This document shows, in pieces, positions 46,177 to 56,029 of a DNA stretch of 64,000 nt. The notes beneath the pieces were generated by a model. That model was not told where the DNA came from. It did no database searches and saw nothing but the letters and a program-made list of their open reading frames with translations. The position numbers and the translations under genes were made by a program. Position 1 is the first letter of the stretch. Each line of letters begins with the position of its first letter. The stretch is from positions 2,892 through 66,891 of IMG/VR virus record IMGVR_UViG_3300014501_000016; one strand, written 5' to 3'. Source of the stretch: a virus.

Positions 46177-47079
46177 ATGAGCACCGGAGCACCGCTAAAC
46201 CTGACCCTGGTACCGGACGGCACCGTTGGCTGGGGCAATGCCGAACGCGCGGACTTTACCGCGCTTAATACCGCGATTGCAGCACTCCAAGCAGGTGGCT
46301 CGACGGGTCCGGCTGGGGCTGCAGGAGCTGCGGGCGCAGTCGGTATCATCTGGGCGGGCCCGTGGGGGGCTGGCACGCCTTATGTGGCCACGGACGCGGT
46401 CTCGTTCAATGGCTCGAGCTATCTCGCGGTGGCACCCAGTACCGGAGTGCAGCCGGACACGCATCCGTCCACTTGGGCAATCCTGGCACTGGCCGGGGCA
46501 ACGGGACCGACCGGGCTACAGGGTCCGGTTGGTCCACCTGGCAGTGGCGGCGGAAGCACGGTCACTTTCCCGGTGACGGTCGCGGAAGGTGGAACGGGAG
46601 CCGTCACCGCACCCTTGGCACGGACTGCGCTTGGAGCGGCTGCGAGCGGGGTCAACAGCGATATCACATCGCTGTTGGGCATTCCCGGCGTGGTTTTCTC
46701 AGCCGACTTCTTATCGTTCACTCTGGGCTCCGTAACCTTCAGCATGAGCCATGCCGGATTCAGCGTGGTCGGCGGGATCACGTGCGGAAATTTGCTCACA
46801 TCTGGGATCATAGGGACGGGTGTTATCAACTCGGCTGTCCCTAATTCTGAGATCCTCATCGGCAGTTATGGCGGTGATGCTGGCTGGCTGCATGCGAACA
46901 ATGGCCTGGTGATCTCCGGTTCGCCACCGGTTGTTCTGTCGGGACAATTGGGCATCAGCGGTAACACATCCAGCACCTGCTCGGCGGGGGGCGGCCAGAC
47001 TGTCCCGGCGACGATATTGACCTGTATTCCGGTCAACGTCGGCGGCGTGGCTGGCAAAATTTTAGTCTTCGCCCCCTAG
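46177..47079 (+). CDS. Short tail fibre protein (no signal peptide)
   Basis: Gly-X-Y stretches, WAGPWGAGTPY module, GGTGAVTA..ARTALGAAASGVNSDITSL fibre motif. Confidence 0.75.
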   Translation: MSTGAPLNLTLVPDGTVGWGNAERADFTALNTAIAALQAGGSTGPAGAAGAAGAVGIIWAGPWGAGTPYVATDAVSFNGSSYLAVAPSTGVQPDTHPSTWAILALAGATGPTGLQGPVGPPGSGGGSTVTFPVTVAEGGTGAVTAPLARTALGAAASGVNSDITSLLGIPGVVFSADFLSFTLGSVTFSMSHAGFSVVGGITCGNLLTSGIIGTGVINSAVPNSEILIGSYGGDAGWLHANNGLVISGSPPVVLSGQLGISGNTSSTCSAGGGQTVPATILTCIPVNVGGVAGKILVFAP

Positions 47080-47092
47080 CGGCAGTTACGGA

Positions 47093-47326
47093 TTAGGCCT
47101 GGGCAAACTCCTTATCTTGCGCTTTGCTCGTGGCATCCTTGCGCGCGGATTCGTAACCTTCATCGCCCAGTTTCATCTGCGTGTCCGACTTCGGCTTGTC
47201 TGCGAGATCCGGCTGGGTCGTGTCAAATCGCACATACACATTCTTTTTGTTGTATGGGTACAGCCAGTCCCACACTTTGCGATTGCCCGGGATGTAAGCG
47301 ACGAACGCGAGTGCCAACTCGGGCAA
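47093..47326 (-). CDS. Hypothetical protein (last gene of leftward early block)
   Basis: Converges on tail fibre gene. Confidence 0.45.
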   Translation of the reverse strand: MPELALAFVAYIPGNRKVWDWLYPYNKKNVYVRFDTTQPDLADKPKSDTQMKLGDEGYESARKDATSKAQDKEFAQA

Positions 47327-47338
47327 TTCCTCGTCCTC

Positions 47339-47686
47339 TTAGTCGGTCTCCTCGCGCTCCAGTTTGAAATCCTTCAACGAAACAGAGAAGAGTGTTTGCG
47401 CCGCATGCTGGATGTCCTCGGTTGTGTGGAGGTAAAGAGACATCTCACTCAACTGCACGGCGAACTTTATCGCCGATTCCTGGCTCTCTTCTTTGGCCAT
47501 GTGCTCATAGCCTTCCGCCAGCCATGCGGGAATTCCCGTAAGCTTGCCATCGTTGAGCGGCATCGAAAAAGGGACCTTGATTCTGTTAATGTCGCGGCGG
47601 TCGGTTAGCAGAGAAATGGTTTCGACGCGCAACTGCTTACGCACGCCTGGGAAGAAAGTATTCTCGAGAAAATTGCCTTCGGTCAC
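47339..47686 (-). CDS. Hypothetical protein
   Basis: AAAGGA RBS; 115 aa. Confidence 0.55.
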   Translation of the reverse strand: MTEGNFLENTFFPGVRKQLRVETISLLTDRRDINRIKVPFSMPLNDGKLTGIPAWLAEGYEHMAKEESQESAIKFAVQLSEMSLYLHTTEDIQHAAQTLFSVSLKDFKLEREETD

Positions 47687-47727
47687 AGGATTCCTTTCGG
47701 GGTTAAAGATTCGTGGGCGTGCTAGGA

Positions 47728-48177
47728 CTACCAGGTAATATCGTCGTCTGTTGCCGCGACTGCAGCGACCGGTTCGTCCTCCTCTTCATCCTCCCCGGGC
47801 AGTTGCTCGCCGCCGAGCGGCAACTGTTTGCATCCCGCGAGCGACACGATCTTGATAACCTCGTCCTGCTTCTCTTCCAGCAACGCGATGGCAGTCTCGC
47901 GATCACACGGGTTCAACGCATACACCGACGACACGCCGACCAAACGTGTCCGTCCCGGTTGCGCACCCAGGCGGATAGTCGTTCCGGCCGGCGCGAGTGT
48001 ATCGCCTATCCACCTGTCTCGCTTCAGTGTCTGCTCGCGCTCAGATAAATCGGGCACGTCGATTTTGAACATGCATGCGGTGCCGTAATATTGCGTGGTG
48101 ACGAAGCCGACTTCCTTCTGGTGGCCCATCAGTTCAACTACCGCCCAGCTTTCCAAGTGATTCTGTGCCGCTTCCAT
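47728..48177 (-). CDS. Conserved phage hypothetical protein
   Basis: WAVVELMGH...G.V......MFKIDVP...TRLVG.SSVYALNPC..ETA; AGGAGGAG RBS. Confidence 0.65.
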   Translation of the reverse strand: MEAAQNHLESWAVVELMGHQKEVGFVTTQYYGTACMFKIDVPDLSEREQTLKRDRWIGDTLAPAGTTIRLGAQPGRTRLVGVSSVYALNPCDRETAIALLEEKQDEVIKIVSLAGCKQLPLGGEQLPGEDEEEDEPVAAVAATDDDITW

Positions 48178-48206
48178 TCCACTCCTCCTTAAAAACTGTT
48201 CCCGGT

Positions 48207-48827
48207 TTACCTTGCTCCGCCCAGCCCAAACCATTCAATCTTCTGGTAAGTAAGGGCATAGACCACAGCCAACCCAGCCGGAGAAAAGTCCACACCATTC
48301 GTGTACTCAGGGTAGGAGCCATCAGGATTGATCGGATAAGTCAGCAGGTTGGGGATTAAGCCGGCCAGATTGTCTTCGTACAGCGCCACGTTCACATAGT
48401 AATTATCGTAAGCTGTTGACTCAGGCAGGAAGAATACCAACGAAGTGACGCCGGCCTTTTCTAGCTGATCGCACATGTCGGCTATATTTGCCACGGTGGG
48501 CTCGGCTTGCTCGCTCTGTGGATCTTCGATGAGATCATATGCGCCGGTCAGAATGGGCACAATGTTGGGGCGCTGGGCAATCACCGCGGGGACCTCAGCC
48601 AGCAACTGGGTCGATGTCTGGCCCTGAGCGCAGGTGGTGCATGACCACATCGGATTGCTGACATAATCCACCAGGCCGATTATTTGATCGTCTCCAAGGA
48701 AGGCGACTGTGGGCGTGGTGGTTGTGGCTCGCTCCGGGTGCGAGATGTTGGGGTGGACGCCGGACTGCTGATAGTTGGAGCATCCGGTGAGGCAGCATGT
48801 AAGTAAGCACATCAAAAACTTTCGCAT
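48207..48827 (-). CDS. Lipoprotein with SGNH/GDSL fold, catalytic residues substituted
   Basis: Lipobox LTGC; VAFLGDD (GDS), GQTSTQLL, ILTGAYD (GxND), NGVDFSPAG (DxxH). Confidence 0.7.
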   Translation of the reverse strand: MRKFLMCLLTCCLTGCSNYQQSGVHPNISHPERATTTTPTVAFLGDDQIIGLVDYVSNPMWSCTTCAQGQTSTQLLAEVPAVIAQRPNIVPILTGAYDLIEDPQSEQAEPTVANIADMCDQLEKAGVTSLVFFLPESTAYDNYYVNVALYEDNLAGLIPNLLTYPINPDGSYPEYTNGVDFSPAGLAVVYALTYQKIEWFGLGGAR

Positions 48828-48857
48828 GTCATTTTCCTGTCAGATAACGGGGCCCCA

Positions 48858-49373
48858 TTAGAACGGCTCGTCGCTCGTCACAAGCGAAGGTTGCTGTGCT
48901 TTGATCTTCTTGTTCTTGTGTGACTGTTGCGCGACTCTCATTCCGCTGAGCCCATATCGCAAGCGCTTCAATAGATCCGCTGCGTCCGACTCAGATAACT
49001 CCAGCAACATTGCGCGAAACAGCCGGTAGCCCTTCCCAGTCATGGCGCCCTTCAATTCATTGCAATCGGAGCAACAGAAAACCAGATTGCTTATCTCGTT
49101 GTCGCCTCCCTTTTTCAGTGGAATGTCGTGGTCGAGAGTCATCGAAATCACGTCCAGTGGCGCCGAACAATACGGGCAAAGGAACGCGTTGCAGCCAATC
49201 TCCGTCAGTAGCCAGCTCGCGAACACGTCCGACGAATACGACGGTAATTGTGCTCCTGGCCACATGATGCGCCCCCTTCTTGGTCCCGATTGCCAATAAG
49301 TCGGCTGACTGCGGCGTTTCATGTCTGAGTACAGTTTCTGGGCGCGCTCGCGAACTTGTTTCGGTTCGATCAT
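48858..49373 (-). CDS. HNH endonuclease
   Basis: CPYC...TLDHDIPLKKGGDNEISNLVFCCSDCNELKG. Confidence 0.85.
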   Translation of the reverse strand: MIEPKQVRERAQKLYSDMKRRSQPTYWQSGPRRGRIMWPGAQLPSYSSDVFASWLLTEIGCNAFLCPYCSAPLDVISMTLDHDIPLKKGGDNEISNLVFCCSDCNELKGAMTGKGYRLFRAMLLELSESDAADLLKRLRYGLSGMRVAQQSHKNKKIKAQQPSLVTSDEPF

Positions 49374-49566
49374 GCCTAGACTTGCACCCCGCGCTCCCGC
49401 AGTTGCTGTTTCGCTATGGCATTGATGGCCACGATCCATGCGTCGCCTTCACGATTTCTTGGAAGGATCTTCATGACCAGATCCACCAGTTGCCACGCGA
49501 TAATCATCCGGATCTCGTCGCCGATTTCCTTCAGACTCTGCTTCAGCGGCTTATTCTCTGGCGTGC

Positions 49567-50154
49567 TCATGCGGTCACCAGTGCTTTCTGCGACGCAATT
49601 GCCTCATCGCGAGCTACGTTCAAGCGGCTCATAGCCTGATGCAATCCGCCAGTGTCCGGATGCGCGGTCCTGATTCGCGTGCGATACTGCGCTTCGATGA
49701 TCTCTCGCGACGCATCCGGACGGCATTCGAGCACGTCCCACCAGTTTTCGCCAGCCGCGAGCGCCTTGAATCCCGCGAATTGTTGCTCGACCGAACCCAC
49801 TCCCCACCGCTGCATTCCGCGCATGGCTTCCAGGTGTTTGGCGACCGCCCAGAAGTTATGTTCGACGCGGTCCCATCGATCACAAGGGAGGCAGTATGGT
49901 TTTGCGTTGAGTTGGAAGTAAACAGCGGCCGCCGGATCGGCCATGCGACCCGGATCAGAATATGGGTTGCCGTCCGCCTTCAGTGGAATGTTGCTGGAGA
50001 TAACCGGTAATTTGGCGCCCAGAAGATTGAGTTGTCTCCGGATCTCTTTGACGCATTCGGCCACCGTGTGCTCACTAAACTGCGGCTGGCCTCTCCGGGT
50101 TACGCGGGGGACTCCACTTGGCCACGACAATGGAAATGCTTGCGAACTGCTCAT
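49567..50154 (-). CDS. Phage protein with C-terminal J (DnaJ) domain
   Basis: FPLSWP.G..R, VISSNIPL..DG, CDRW, WWDVLE...YR.....HPDTGG...MSRLN.ARDEA. Confidence 0.85.
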   Translation of the reverse strand: MSSSQAFPLSWPSGVPRVTRRGQPQFSEHTVAECVKEIRRQLNLLGAKLPVISSNIPLKADGNPYSDPGRMADPAAAVYFQLNAKPYCLPCDRWDRVEHNFWAVAKHLEAMRGMQRWGVGSVEQQFAGFKALAAGENWWDVLECRPDASREIIEAQYRTRIRTAHPDTGGLHQAMSRLNVARDEAIASQKALVTA

Positions 50155-50941
50155 TTACCCGCCTTCGCGTACTTGGCCGATCGCTGCATCAGCTCGTCGA
50201 CCAACCACTTTTGCGCAATCGTGAGCGCGTCATACTTCGCCTTGAATAACGCCTTCGATCGCGCATCACGTAGAACCTGGGTCATGGTCTGGCGATCGCT
50301 CATTCCAATCCCCACCCACAAGTGCATTTTTGCGAATTAGAGCCAAACGAACCTTTGCAAAACATGGCTTGTTGCCCCTTCGCGCGCGTAGCGCAATTGG
50401 GGCAGGCTTTGCGCTCCCGTTCCAAGCAAAACGGCCCGTCACAATACCAACAAATTGAACAGTGGTAGCAGTCGCTTCCAATTGGGCACCAATGGCGATG
50501 ACGAACCGGGGCCAAAGATATCCACCATTGAATTAATCCGAGCAGTCGTCTTTTCATTTGCGGCTCATTTACTCGCACACCTCAAGCGCTTTGTATGCGC
50601 GAACCATCCGCACCACGTCCCCGCTCGCGATTGCTGTCTCACCCTCGGCGATATCTCGCTGGATCATCCACTTGCCGAACGCGCCCGCTGGACCAATGGC
50701 ATCGTAATGCGTGATCAATTCCCGGCACCGGTTGCACTGCGCCTGTATTCCCTCGATGATGTTGGTCACGCCTTCGCCTCCATCACCAATTGCAGGAGCT
50801 CGGCAGGTGTAGTCTCTGTGTCCGTGAGCACATCGACCGAAACCTCGATGGCGTTCGGCATCCGCATGTAATCGGCCAAGAACGACTGGAGGGCCATTTG
50901 CTGAGAACGTGTTAGAGGAACCAGCACGGTGCTCTGATCGA

Positions 50942-51430
50942 TCACGCTTTCACCTCTAAAGCCCGTTTCGCCAACTCGCGCCTGATCCTGCACTGACACT
51001 TTTCCATGAACCGACGCATGCCCGGTTGCTGCACCATGACCATGCCGACTATGGGCGACTCTTTGCATTCGTCACAGCCCAGCTTCGGTAATTGCGCCTG
51101 AACCTTTGCCTGTTCCTTCTTCGCCATGGCCTCACACTCTTCCGCTACTTGGTCGGGCTGGGGGAAAAATTTCTGGCCCGGACGAATGCGCAGATCCGCC
51201 AACACGTCCCTCACTTGGCGCAGCCCGTATTTGATCGCCAACCTCTCGAAGTCGTGCATCATCCCCTTGATCGACTCCGACAAATCCTGGTGTGGATACC
51301 TCGGCACCATCTGTCGCAAAAGGGTCGCCAGGATCGCCCCATCCTTTTCGTTTAGCTTCCTCGTCAAGGACTGCGTAGGCGTCGTTAACGCGTTTTCGTG
51401 CCGGAGAGCTATTGTTTCCAGTTTTTCCAT
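50942..51430 (-). CDS. Putative helicase loader / replication protein P-like
   Basis: Follows initiator; KFFPQPDQVAEEC motif and C-terminal CxxC...CxC; GGAG RBS. Confidence 0.5.
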   Translation of the reverse strand: MEKLETIALRHENALTTPTQSLTRKLNEKDGAILATLLRQMVPRYPHQDLSESIKGMMHDFERLAIKYGLRQVRDVLADLRIRPGQKFFPQPDQVAEECEAMAKKEQAKVQAQLPKLGCDECKESPIVGMVMVQQPGMRRFMEKCQCRIRRELAKRALEVKA

Positions 51431-52202
51431 TGCCATCTCCGTTTCTTGCCCATTCGGAATCGTCGTCGAAATACCGTTCTGCGTTGAACCACGTGGCCGG
51501 GTGCGGCCGATAGTCCGGTCCAGCGGGTTTATCGCCGGCTTCCGAAACCGCGTACTCGGTCGCCCGCTTCCAAAGCCATCTGCGCGCAATGGTCGGACTC
51601 ATGGCCGGTTTCGATAGGCTTCCATTCGCCAGGCGGTTCACCGCGGAACGTATCGCCCTCATTGCAGCACCGCGACCAACCTTGCGCGGGTAAGCGGCAT
51701 AGATTTTTTCTTCCTGCTCGGCGACCGGAATCTCTCGCGTAGTTGTTTCTTTATTTAGATCTTCTTTAGGGATAGAGTTCTTTTCATATTCAGTTTCAGT
51801 ACAAGGCGTTTCATTTACTGTTACATCTTCGTTTGTTTCGGCTCCGCCGCCCTGGCGGGCGCGAAATCTCTTTACTCTCTCGCGAGTAGCAACTCTTTCG
51901 CAATGTTCGGAATACATGCGTCTATTAACTAGGGCGCCAGACTCAGATCGTGACGCAACGCCCTTCGTTACCAGCGCCGTTACGGCCTTTTTAGCCTCTT
52001 TTGGATCACCGCCTACAGCCCTCGCAATTTCGTCATCTGTCCACGCAACCCCGTTTGTTTCAAGCGCTCCCTTAAATTCAGCCTCGTACATCAGGCACAA
52101 AATACGAATCCACACGCCGACCTCACTGTGCGTGCATCGACGCACATCTGGGTCACGAGCGAAGTCGCCCCAGTAGAAGAGGGATGCGGGCACCTTACCC
52201 AC
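51132..52202 (-). CDS. Phage replication initiator (DUF1376/YdaU-like N-terminus)
   Basis: PASLFYWGDF..D...GVWIRILCLM; RERVKRFR; IYAAYPRKVG; PHPATWFNAERY.D. Confidence 0.75.
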   Translation of the reverse strand: MGKVPASLFYWGDFARDPDVRRCTHSEVGVWIRILCLMYEAEFKGALETNGVAWTDDEIARAVGGDPKEAKKAVTALVTKGVASRSESGALVNRRMYSEHCERVATRERVKRFRARQGGGAETNEDVTVNETPCTETEYEKNSIPKEDLNKETTTREIPVAEQEEKIYAAYPRKVGRGAAMRAIRSAVNRLANGSLSKPAMSPTIARRWLWKRATEYAVSEAGDKPAGPDYRPHPATWFNAERYFDDDSEWARNGDGNGKTGNNSSPARKRVNDAYAVLDEEAKRKGWGDPGDPFATDGAEVSTPGFVGVDQGDDARLREVGDQIRAAPSEGRVGGSAHSSGPEIFPPARPSSGRV

Positions 52203-52629
52203 GCTTCACCAGCCCGACTACCCGAGCTTCCTCGCCAGGTACAGATAAAACTCGCTCGAGGATGCGAACCCACTTTTCAAGGCCGCCGACAAATAAGTGC
52301 AGGCATAGTTCACAAAGAGCACTCCGGCAGTTCCAGTGCGGCTGTCCGCAGTATTCGCAACGGGACTCCTTTGGCGCCCGGATCGCGGATCGCCCAAAGG
52401 TCTCAATCTCGTGGCAGCGGGCGCACAGGGACTCTAAATCTTCCAGCGCCTCGCTTCCCAGATTCGCATAGGTCTTATGGTGGATATGAAGATCTTGGCC
52501 GTAAGCAATTTCAACCAACCAACGAGGCATCGAGCATCGAACACATTCATCATGTACCGCCAAAACCTCCTGCCGTTTCTCTTGCCAGTGATCGCTCGCC
52601 AGATATTCCGCATACTCTGTTTTGGTCAC
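52195..52629 (-). CDS. HNH endonuclease-like protein
   Basis: EYLASDHWQEKR...CVRC...LHIHHKTY..LG.E..EDL..LCARCH. Confidence 0.8.
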   Translation of the reverse strand: MTKTEYAEYLASDHWQEKRQEVLAVHDECVRCSMPRWLVEIAYGQDLHIHHKTYANLGSEALEDLESLCARCHEIETFGRSAIRAPKESRCEYCGQPHWNCRSALCELCLHLFVGGLEKWVRILERVLSVPGEEARVVGLVKRG

Positions 52630-54869
52630 TCCGACACCTCTTCCATATCGGAATCAGTCGCAAACAATCCCGACGACGCGCTCAGGGCATTTCCTAGATT
52701 ACGGCAAGCCTGCTGGTAGAAACTGGGCTTTAGCTCGCTCCCGAGGAACCGTCGTCCCATTTCCAACGCAACGAAACCTTCTGAGCCAATGCCAGCGAAC
52801 GGGCTCCACACCACGTCCCCGGGATTCGACCATAACTTGACGGCCCGACGGATCACCTCCAGTTGCAGCGGGCAGATATGGCGCTCGTCGTTGTGCTCTC
52901 TCGCCGACCGGTATTGAAGCGTGTCCGATGGGTTGATGTCCATCCAAACCGGCGACGCGTATTGCTGCCACAACTGAACAGGGAAGTCTTCCGAGGTGTG
53001 CTCCACCCGCTCGGGGTTGTCGCCTGGCTTGCGCATGGTAACCAGATAGTCAGGCACTCCCTGGCGGCTCATACATGAGTCTTTTTTGATCTGTTTATGG
53101 AGAAGGCCAAGCGCTTTTGTCCGCTGCATGGCAGTGACCGGATCTTTCCATATGCAGACCTCGGAGTGATAAATAAATCCCGCGGCCTCAAAGGCGCGGA
53201 TAATTTCGCCGCGAAAGTCGCGTATGCCGATAACCCCATCGCGCACCTTCGACGTGGGCAGATTCATGCAGTGGATCGATACTAATCGGCCGGGCATTAT
53301 GGCGCGGTATGACTCTGCTATCAGGAACTTGTAATGCTCCCAGAATTCGCCAGCGTCCCGGGAATTGCCAAAGTCCCGCTCCGAGTTGGAGTACGTGTAG
53401 AGCGATTGGAATGGCGGGGAATAAACCGAGTAGTGGATGGAATCGCTCGGCAGTTCGCGCGCCAGGTCCACGCAATCGGCAAGATGCATGGTCCAATTAG
53501 CAGAGTCGCGAACCTCGCGAGCATAGTTTGACTCGCTGCGCACGGTTCCTTTAAGGTTCATCCTGGTAAGTTCCTGCATGTTTTGAAGCATCTCTTCCGC
53601 CATCTCCTCGGCCTCCCTCTCTTTGCGTTTCAGGTTTTCAAGTACGTTGCCTTCAGTGGAAGCCGCGATGATGTGCGCGTGGACCGGCCGGTTCTGGCCA
53701 AACCTCCAACAGCGCCTGATGGCCTGATAGAACTGCTCCCATGAGTCATTCACGCCAACGAATGCCTGATGTGAACAGACTTGGTAATTCATGCCGAACC
53801 CAGCGATAGAGCACTTAGTCACAAACTTAGGGATTCTGCCGGCCGCGAACTCGAGCGATTTCCACGTCTTGTCTTCGGGATCATCCGATCCTGTAAGTTC
53901 CACGGCGCCCTTGATTGCAGCGGTCAAAGACTGGCTCTCGGTATTCAAGTTAGTCCAGATAATCCAGTTCTCGTCTGGCTCCGCGGCCACGATCTCAGCG
54001 CACTTCTTTACGCGAGCGGCGACCGTGGACCGGCGCGCGGACAATCGCTCAGAGAGGGTTTGCGCCGGCATAGCAAACAGCATTCCATCGCTGGGCTTTT
54101 CTACGTCAACGATGTGTTCGTGGTAGATCAGCGGCGGGAGCACGAAAGGCCCATCGTCATAGCCGATGTCGGACGGCTTGCGAATGTTGACAGCCCAAGA
54201 GCATACCCATTTCCAAAACTCTTTGCGCGCGTGACCTTTGAGTCTCCACTTTTGCGTCTCGCCGCCATCATGGACAAAGAACATGGACAGCATTTCCGTT
54301 GCGCTCATCACTCCCAGGAACTCGGCGTGGTTGCCTAATTCCATATGGTCGTTTGGTGCAGGCGTCGCAGTCGCAGCGAGCCGATACGGTGTATCCGCAA
54401 AAACCTCGATCAACCGGGCCCTAGTTTTGCCATCAAAAGACTTCAAAATGCTGGATTCGTCGAGAGCCACGCCTGCGTAGTCCGATGGATCGAACCCGTC
54501 CAGGCGTTCGTAGTTTGTAATCACGACAGAACTGGTCGGCTTGCCGGACTTTTGATAAGCTGCGTCAATGCCAAACTTTGTAGCTTCGCCGATAAGTTGA
54601 TGGGCGACGGCCAGCGGGGCGAGAATTAACACCGGGCTCCCGGTCTGTTGCTCCACGATGCGCGCCCAGTCTAACTCAATGAGAGACTTTCCCATGCCCG
54701 TGCCCAGGAACGCCGCAGACCTTCCCAGGCGGAGCGCCCACATCGTTACGTCGCGTTGGTGTGGGAACATGGCAGAGTTGAGCTCGGGCACCTCGATCAT
54801 GCCAGCGATCCGTGGTGTGAACCTTTTATCGGCAAGAAACTGTTCGTAGCTCACGCAATCACCCGCCAT
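52626..54869 (-). CDS. SNF2-like helicase fused to N4/N6 DNA methyltransferase
   Basis: GTGMGKS, LDESS, ATATP, QAIRRCWRFGQ; MTase SPPF, HICPLQL, SPFAGIGSEG. Confidence 0.88.
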   Translation of the reverse strand: MAGDCVSYEQFLADKRFTPRIAGMIEVPELNSAMFPHQRDVTMWALRLGRSAAFLGTGMGKSLIELDWARIVEQQTGSPVLILAPLAVAHQLIGEATKFGIDAAYQKSGKPTSSVVITNYERLDGFDPSDYAGVALDESSILKSFDGKTRARLIEVFADTPYRLAATATPAPNDHMELGNHAEFLGVMSATEMLSMFFVHDGGETQKWRLKGHARKEFWKWVCSWAVNIRKPSDIGYDDGPFVLPPLIYHEHIVDVEKPSDGMLFAMPAQTLSERLSARRSTVAARVKKCAEIVAAEPDENWIIWTNLNTESQSLTAAIKGAVELTGSDDPEDKTWKSLEFAAGRIPKFVTKCSIAGFGMNYQVCSHQAFVGVNDSWEQFYQAIRRCWRFGQNRPVHAHIIAASTEGNVLENLKRKEREAEEMAEEMLQNMQELTRMNLKGTVRSESNYAREVRDSANWTMHLADCVDLARELPSDSIHYSVYSPPFQSLYTYSNSERDFGNSRDAGEFWEHYKFLIAESYRAIMPGRLVSIHCMNLPTSKVRDGVIGIRDFRGEIIRAFEAAGFIYHSEVCIWKDPVTAMQRTKALGLLHKQIKKDSCMSRQGVPDYLVTMRKPGDNPERVEHTSEDFPVQLWQQYASPVWMDINPSDTLQYRSAREHNDERHICPLQLEVIRRAVKLWSNPGDVVWSPFAGIGSEGFVALEMGRRFLGSELKPSFYQQACRNLGNALSASSGLFATDSDMEEVSE

Positions 54870-55032
54870 TCTTTATCGAGTTCGCAACAGTAACAATTAA
54901 TCGCCCGGTTCAAACACGCGATGAAAGCCCGGGCCTCTTCGACTGACATTCGCTGGGCCCCATAAATCCTGATCGGGCTCCGGTCACCCATCACGACCCG
55001 GATGCCGTTCTCTTCAAAGACGATGACCGGCC

Positions 55033-55284
55033 TCATGACTTCACCCTGATTTCGAGCGCGTGCGGATAACGTGCGCTGTGCTTCTTTTCTGCGGCCGGCG
55101 TGAATTCGACTCTGGTCCCGACCGCGATCTCGCATTTGTGAGCCTGCCCACACCCGCAATCGCCCATGAAGTGGCTCGCGTGTGCGTAAAAGGTCCGGCC
55201 GTCAGACGCGATCAGGCCCAGACCTTCGCGCACCTTCCAAAACGTGACGATGCCCGTGAGCCGAGTTGAGGTGGCCGTGGTCAT
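55033..55284 (-). CDS. Cold-shock domain protein
   Basis: GIVTFWKVREGLGLI (RNP1-like), FYAHASH (RNP2-like), GTRVEF. Confidence 0.7.
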   Translation of the reverse strand: MTTATSTRLTGIVTFWKVREGLGLIASDGRTFYAHASHFMGDCGCGQAHKCEIAVGTRVEFTPAAEKKHSARYPHALEIRVKS

Positions 55285-55769
55285 GGGGTTTCCTTGAGCT
55301 TAGGGGTGATGTTGGCTACGGCTGCACGAATGTCAGCCCTGCGATGCTTCTCGCACTTGTCATAAAAGAATCCCGGAGTGGTTGCATCGGAGTAAGAATG
55401 CTTGGCGACCGCGTCGCAATCCGCGCAGTTGGCTTCTGGTGCGGGACAGGTGGCCTCAACCATTTCACGCAACTGGTCCACGGCGGCCTGGAGCTCGTCC
55501 GCCAAATCTTCATAGCGAGATGCTATGACGATTAATCCTGCATGCTTTTCCCTCTCCCGGCATAGCTGGGCCTCTAGGTCGGATATCTCCTCGCAGAACG
55601 TTACGACTTCCTGCCATACAGATCTGACGCCTTTAAATTTATCTTGCGGATCGTCCTCGATGGGAGGCAGCATAGATACCTGAACTTTTGCGAGCTTGTA
55701 TCTCATGCGCCATCTCTCAGGCATATGCCGGGCATCATCCACTGCGGTTGTTTTGGCTGGGTCAGTCAT
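55281..55769 (-). CDS. Hypothetical protein
   Basis: Coiled coil plus CxxC...CxxH; coupled ORF. Confidence 0.55.
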   Translation of the reverse strand: MTDPAKTTAVDDARHMPERWRMRYKLAKVQVSMLPPIEDDPQDKFKGVRSVWQEVVTFCEEISDLEAQLCREREKHAGLIVIASRYEDLADELQAAVDQLREMVEATCPAPEANCADCDAVAKHSYSDATTPGFFYDKCEKHRRADIRAAVANITPKLKETP

Positions 55770-56029
55770 GGATTCGCAACTCCTTGGGAATGTAATAGTG
55801 CAGCACGCCCTTCTTCGTGGGCCTCGTTTATGTGCTCGTAGAATTCGATCAGCTTGTTTGCACGCCGGTGTGCTTCTTCGCCGCCGGGCTGAGATGCTCG
55901 AATCATCAACGCGATGTCGCCAGATAGCGGGGCATACTTGATAAATAGTCGCAGCGCTTTCTCCAGCTCCCTAATCTTGCTCTGGGCAGCTACCAGCTCG
56001 TTGATGTGAGTTGTGTCTATGGGTTTCAT
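55766..56029 (-). CDS. Hypothetical protein
   Basis: Coupled to neighbours by ATGA-type overlaps. Confidence 0.5.
   Translation of the reverse strand: MKPIDTTHINELVAAQSKIRELEKALRLFIKYAPLSGDIALMIRASQPGGEEAHRRANKLIEFYEHINEAHEEGRAALLHSQGVANP

Noticed and set aside
27946-47079. Diversity-generating retroelement or invertase-based tail switching
   Set aside because: No reverse transcriptase, recombinase, TR/VR pair or inverted cassette seen in the window
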